Below are positions 60,922-64,000 of a stretch of DNA of 64,000 bases, in pieces. The DNA lies in the NCBI RefSeq assembly GCF_009914755.1, contig NC_060929.1. One strand, 5' to 3'. The first letter of the stretch is position 1, and the number at the start of each line of letters is the position of its first letter. The position numbers were made by a program, and so were the translations under genes. Source of the stretch: the human T2T-CHM13v2.0 reference genome, Homo sapiens. The notes below the pieces were generated by a model. That model did no database searches. It worked only from the letters and a program-made list of their open reading frames with translations, and had not been told where the DNA came from.

Positions 60922-61125
60922 AGATTATAAGACAACACACAGGACACCCACTTAATTTGAATTTCAGGTAAGCCACGAACATTACCTGAAATGTTTTCAT
61001 AATAAAATAGGCATGTCCCACGCAACATTGGAGCTTTATTGATACTAAAATATTATTCATTGTTCATCTGACATTCAAATTAAACAAAACATTCTGTATT
61101 TTTATTCACTAAATCTGGCAGCCCC
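60922..61125. mobile_element. MER53 palindromic hAT MITE
   Basis: acaggacacccacttaatttgaatttcag...atgtccca...atactaaaatattattcattgttcatctgacattcaaatt...ctgtattttt...aaatctggcagccc. Confidence 0.8.
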
Positions 61126-62386
61126 AGAACCAAGGTTTGTTTTTTCTCCCTTACCTTAAAATCCCAAGCCTGAAAGGCATTTAGTCTGGTCTAACCATTC
61201 AGATTCTGGAATCCCCTCTAAGACTTTTCACCAGTACCCTCCTCTGGTGGAGGAGAAGGTCCACTGCCCCTCCCATTGAGCAATTCAAATTTTAGAAAGA
61301 TTTTCCCCATACTGAGTTGAAATCTTTAAGCTCCAGGAAGGCAATAATTAGGCCTATTCTGCATACTTTTGTTTTTCCAGAACTCAGCATGATGTCCAGC
61401 ACTAGAATACTATGGGCTCTAGAAATATTTGTTGAACAAATGAGTGAATGAAGTGTGATTTCATTTCACCGATTCACTGTCCTTCTTACTCACGGGCACT
61501 AGCCTCCTCTCTGAGGTCATGCAGAATACGTGGACTCTCTCTTCCACATGGCAACCCTTTGGCAATTTAGAATTTAAAATGTTAACACTACAGGAAAACA
61601 GAAAACTACCTTCTGCCATTACAGATAAGGAAACTGAGGCCAGGGCAGCCACATGCTTTATCCAGGGGTCCACAGAGGGCCAGTGGTCTCTTAGTCTTGT
61701 CCTAGAATCTGACCTCTTGGTCTTGTTTTCTGCCCAAGACCCCCTGCCTCTCTCAGTTCTTAAATTTCAAAAAATATCGCCTCCGTAACTCACTTTTATT
61801 TTTGGTAGTTTGAGATAGGTCTCTTATTTATCTTATACACGAAGGTTTCTGGCAAAAAGTGTGCTTTATGTATTCAAGTTTAGCATTTGTGTGCTAATTT
61901 AATTTTATAAGATGCTCTTTAAATGAGAATTAACATAAGTCCGTGTTTAGCTGACTGGCAACTTCTTGGAGATTTTCCTATACACAGTATTGTACTTATT
62001 TGGCAACTATAACACAAGAAACTATTTTGATTAAGTTATATGAGAAATGGCCTCTTCTAATAAAAAGTAAATATTTTTTAAAAAATTCAGAGAACACCCA
62101 AATGTTGGTTTTATATTCTAATGGTTGGGGAAGGCTCTGAGAATGGAAAGTGAGGGCAGGGAGGCCTCTGTCTTAGAGAGGTCATCAGGGAGGGCCTCCC
62201 TGAGGAGGTGACATTTGATTGGAAACCTGAATAGATGGAAGAAGGGAGCCTCTTGGATTTCTGGATGTGTGCTATAATCTTATTCCTCTTTGACCCGAGT
62301 ATCGGGTACGTAGTCAGTACTTACAAATATTTCTGGGTTTGGCTGAAGTCAACAGGTCTCCAGGAGCCCTGACAGTAGGAAAATGA

Positions 62387-62560
<174 letters not shown>

Positions 62561-63151
62561 TAAGTGTCAGCTGCACTGGCCACACCTGCCCAGGACCTTT
62601 CCTGTCTCCATCCCTCTCAGAGGCTGAGTCCAGCCCTGGGCACTGGGAGGGAAGGGAGGAGCTAAGGAAAGCTCCGCTTCCTTGGTAAGCTGGAATGAGT
62701 GTCTTCCTCTTCCAGCAAAGAGTGGGGAGCTGGCTGAAGGAAGTAGCCCAGAGTCAGAGGCAAGCTGTGGATGGAAGGAGCAAAAGTAGAGAAGCCTTGG
62801 AGTAGTGGCCTGGGCTCTGCCCTCATGTCATGGGACTTTAAGCTTTCACACACTGGAGCATGGGCACGTGGCTAGTATATGGCATTTGGTACTAGAAGAG
62901 CCAAGTTCGAGTCCCAGCTCAGTCACCACCAGCAGTGGAAGCTTGCACTGGTTGCTTGCCATCTCGGATCTCTGTTTTCTGACTCATAGAATGGTGGTGA
63001 TGAATTACCTGCCTTGCAGGTTGTTATGAGAATCACATTGGTCCTGTCTGTGACGCCCTAACACAGCCCATGACACAATGCTGCCTGCCATCTTGCTTTT
63101 ACCAATCTTCTGATCTGCCTTAAGAGTTTCTGCCAGAATCAATGAGAGTGA

Positions 63152-63397
<246 letters not shown>

Positions 63398-64000
63398 TAA
63401 GCAGCAGTAGCTAGAAGGGGAGCCCCTTCTTATCATAGAGCATGGCTCAGGATGAGGAATCCCTGGCACAGGAGGCTGGGTGGTGTGGTGGAAAGAGACC
63501 CAGGTTGGGAGGAAGAAAGGGCTGTGCAGACTCCCAAACACTACCAAAAGGTGAGGCATCGTCTCCGGTTTGAGCAAGTTGCTGGGGCCCTCCTCCTGTT
63601 TACCACTCTGTGAACTTATCCTGCTGATTCCGTGGTGTCTGGGGCAGGTCCTGACTCTGGGACCACCCCGCAAGCCTTCACCTGGTGACTTTGTGATCTG
63701 GGAGCTTCAGCTCCCAGGCCAGTCTCCATGTTTTGCTTGCTAAGCCAGGGAGATACCAGCTTACTGATTTACAGTGAGGCCTGTGTAGCCATCACATGAC
63801 CTGGAATGCTCCTGGCAGCATGCCCTGTGCTGTCTCCTCCCTCAGAAAGCAAGAGGAGAGCCACATTCCAATCAGACGCTGGTGGGTGGGTCAGGCCTCA
63901 CAGTTAGCAGGAGAGAGAGGCAATTAAGCTGCCGAGGACAACAGATGTGTCTGCAGACAGGACCTCTGTCTTGGACAGTGCTACATGACACACTGAGTTT

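Overview
Primate (very likely human) genomic DNA, dense in Alu, MIR, L2, MaLR and MER repeats, with two actin-cytoskeleton genes in tandem on the + strand. The first is the last coding exon (villin headpiece C-terminus) and 3' UTR of ABLIM3 (1109 to ~3255). After ~11 kb of intergenic DNA comes AFAP1L1: a CpG-island promoter, a 16-nt first coding exon, a 27.5-kb first intron, then exons 2-14. I joined the 14 exons by hand; all GT-AG junctions are phase-consistent and give 566 uninterrupted codons (both PH domains), and the gene continues past the window. Nearly all ORFs in the supplied track are spurious. I see no new multi-gene system. The best leads are: (1) a hidden in-frame exon in intron 1 (26688-26792); (2) an interleaved A-B-x-A'-B' inverted repeat at 17120-17217 that looks like a template-switch scar and allows the ancestral sequence to be predicted; (3) an intronic-polyadenylation route giving a one-PH-domain AFAP1L1; (4) a MEF2/FOX:ETS/GATA/SOX motif cluster; (5) a multi-stem intergenic element at 5695-5840. 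Repeat family names come from memory of consensus sequences and their boundaries are approximate.
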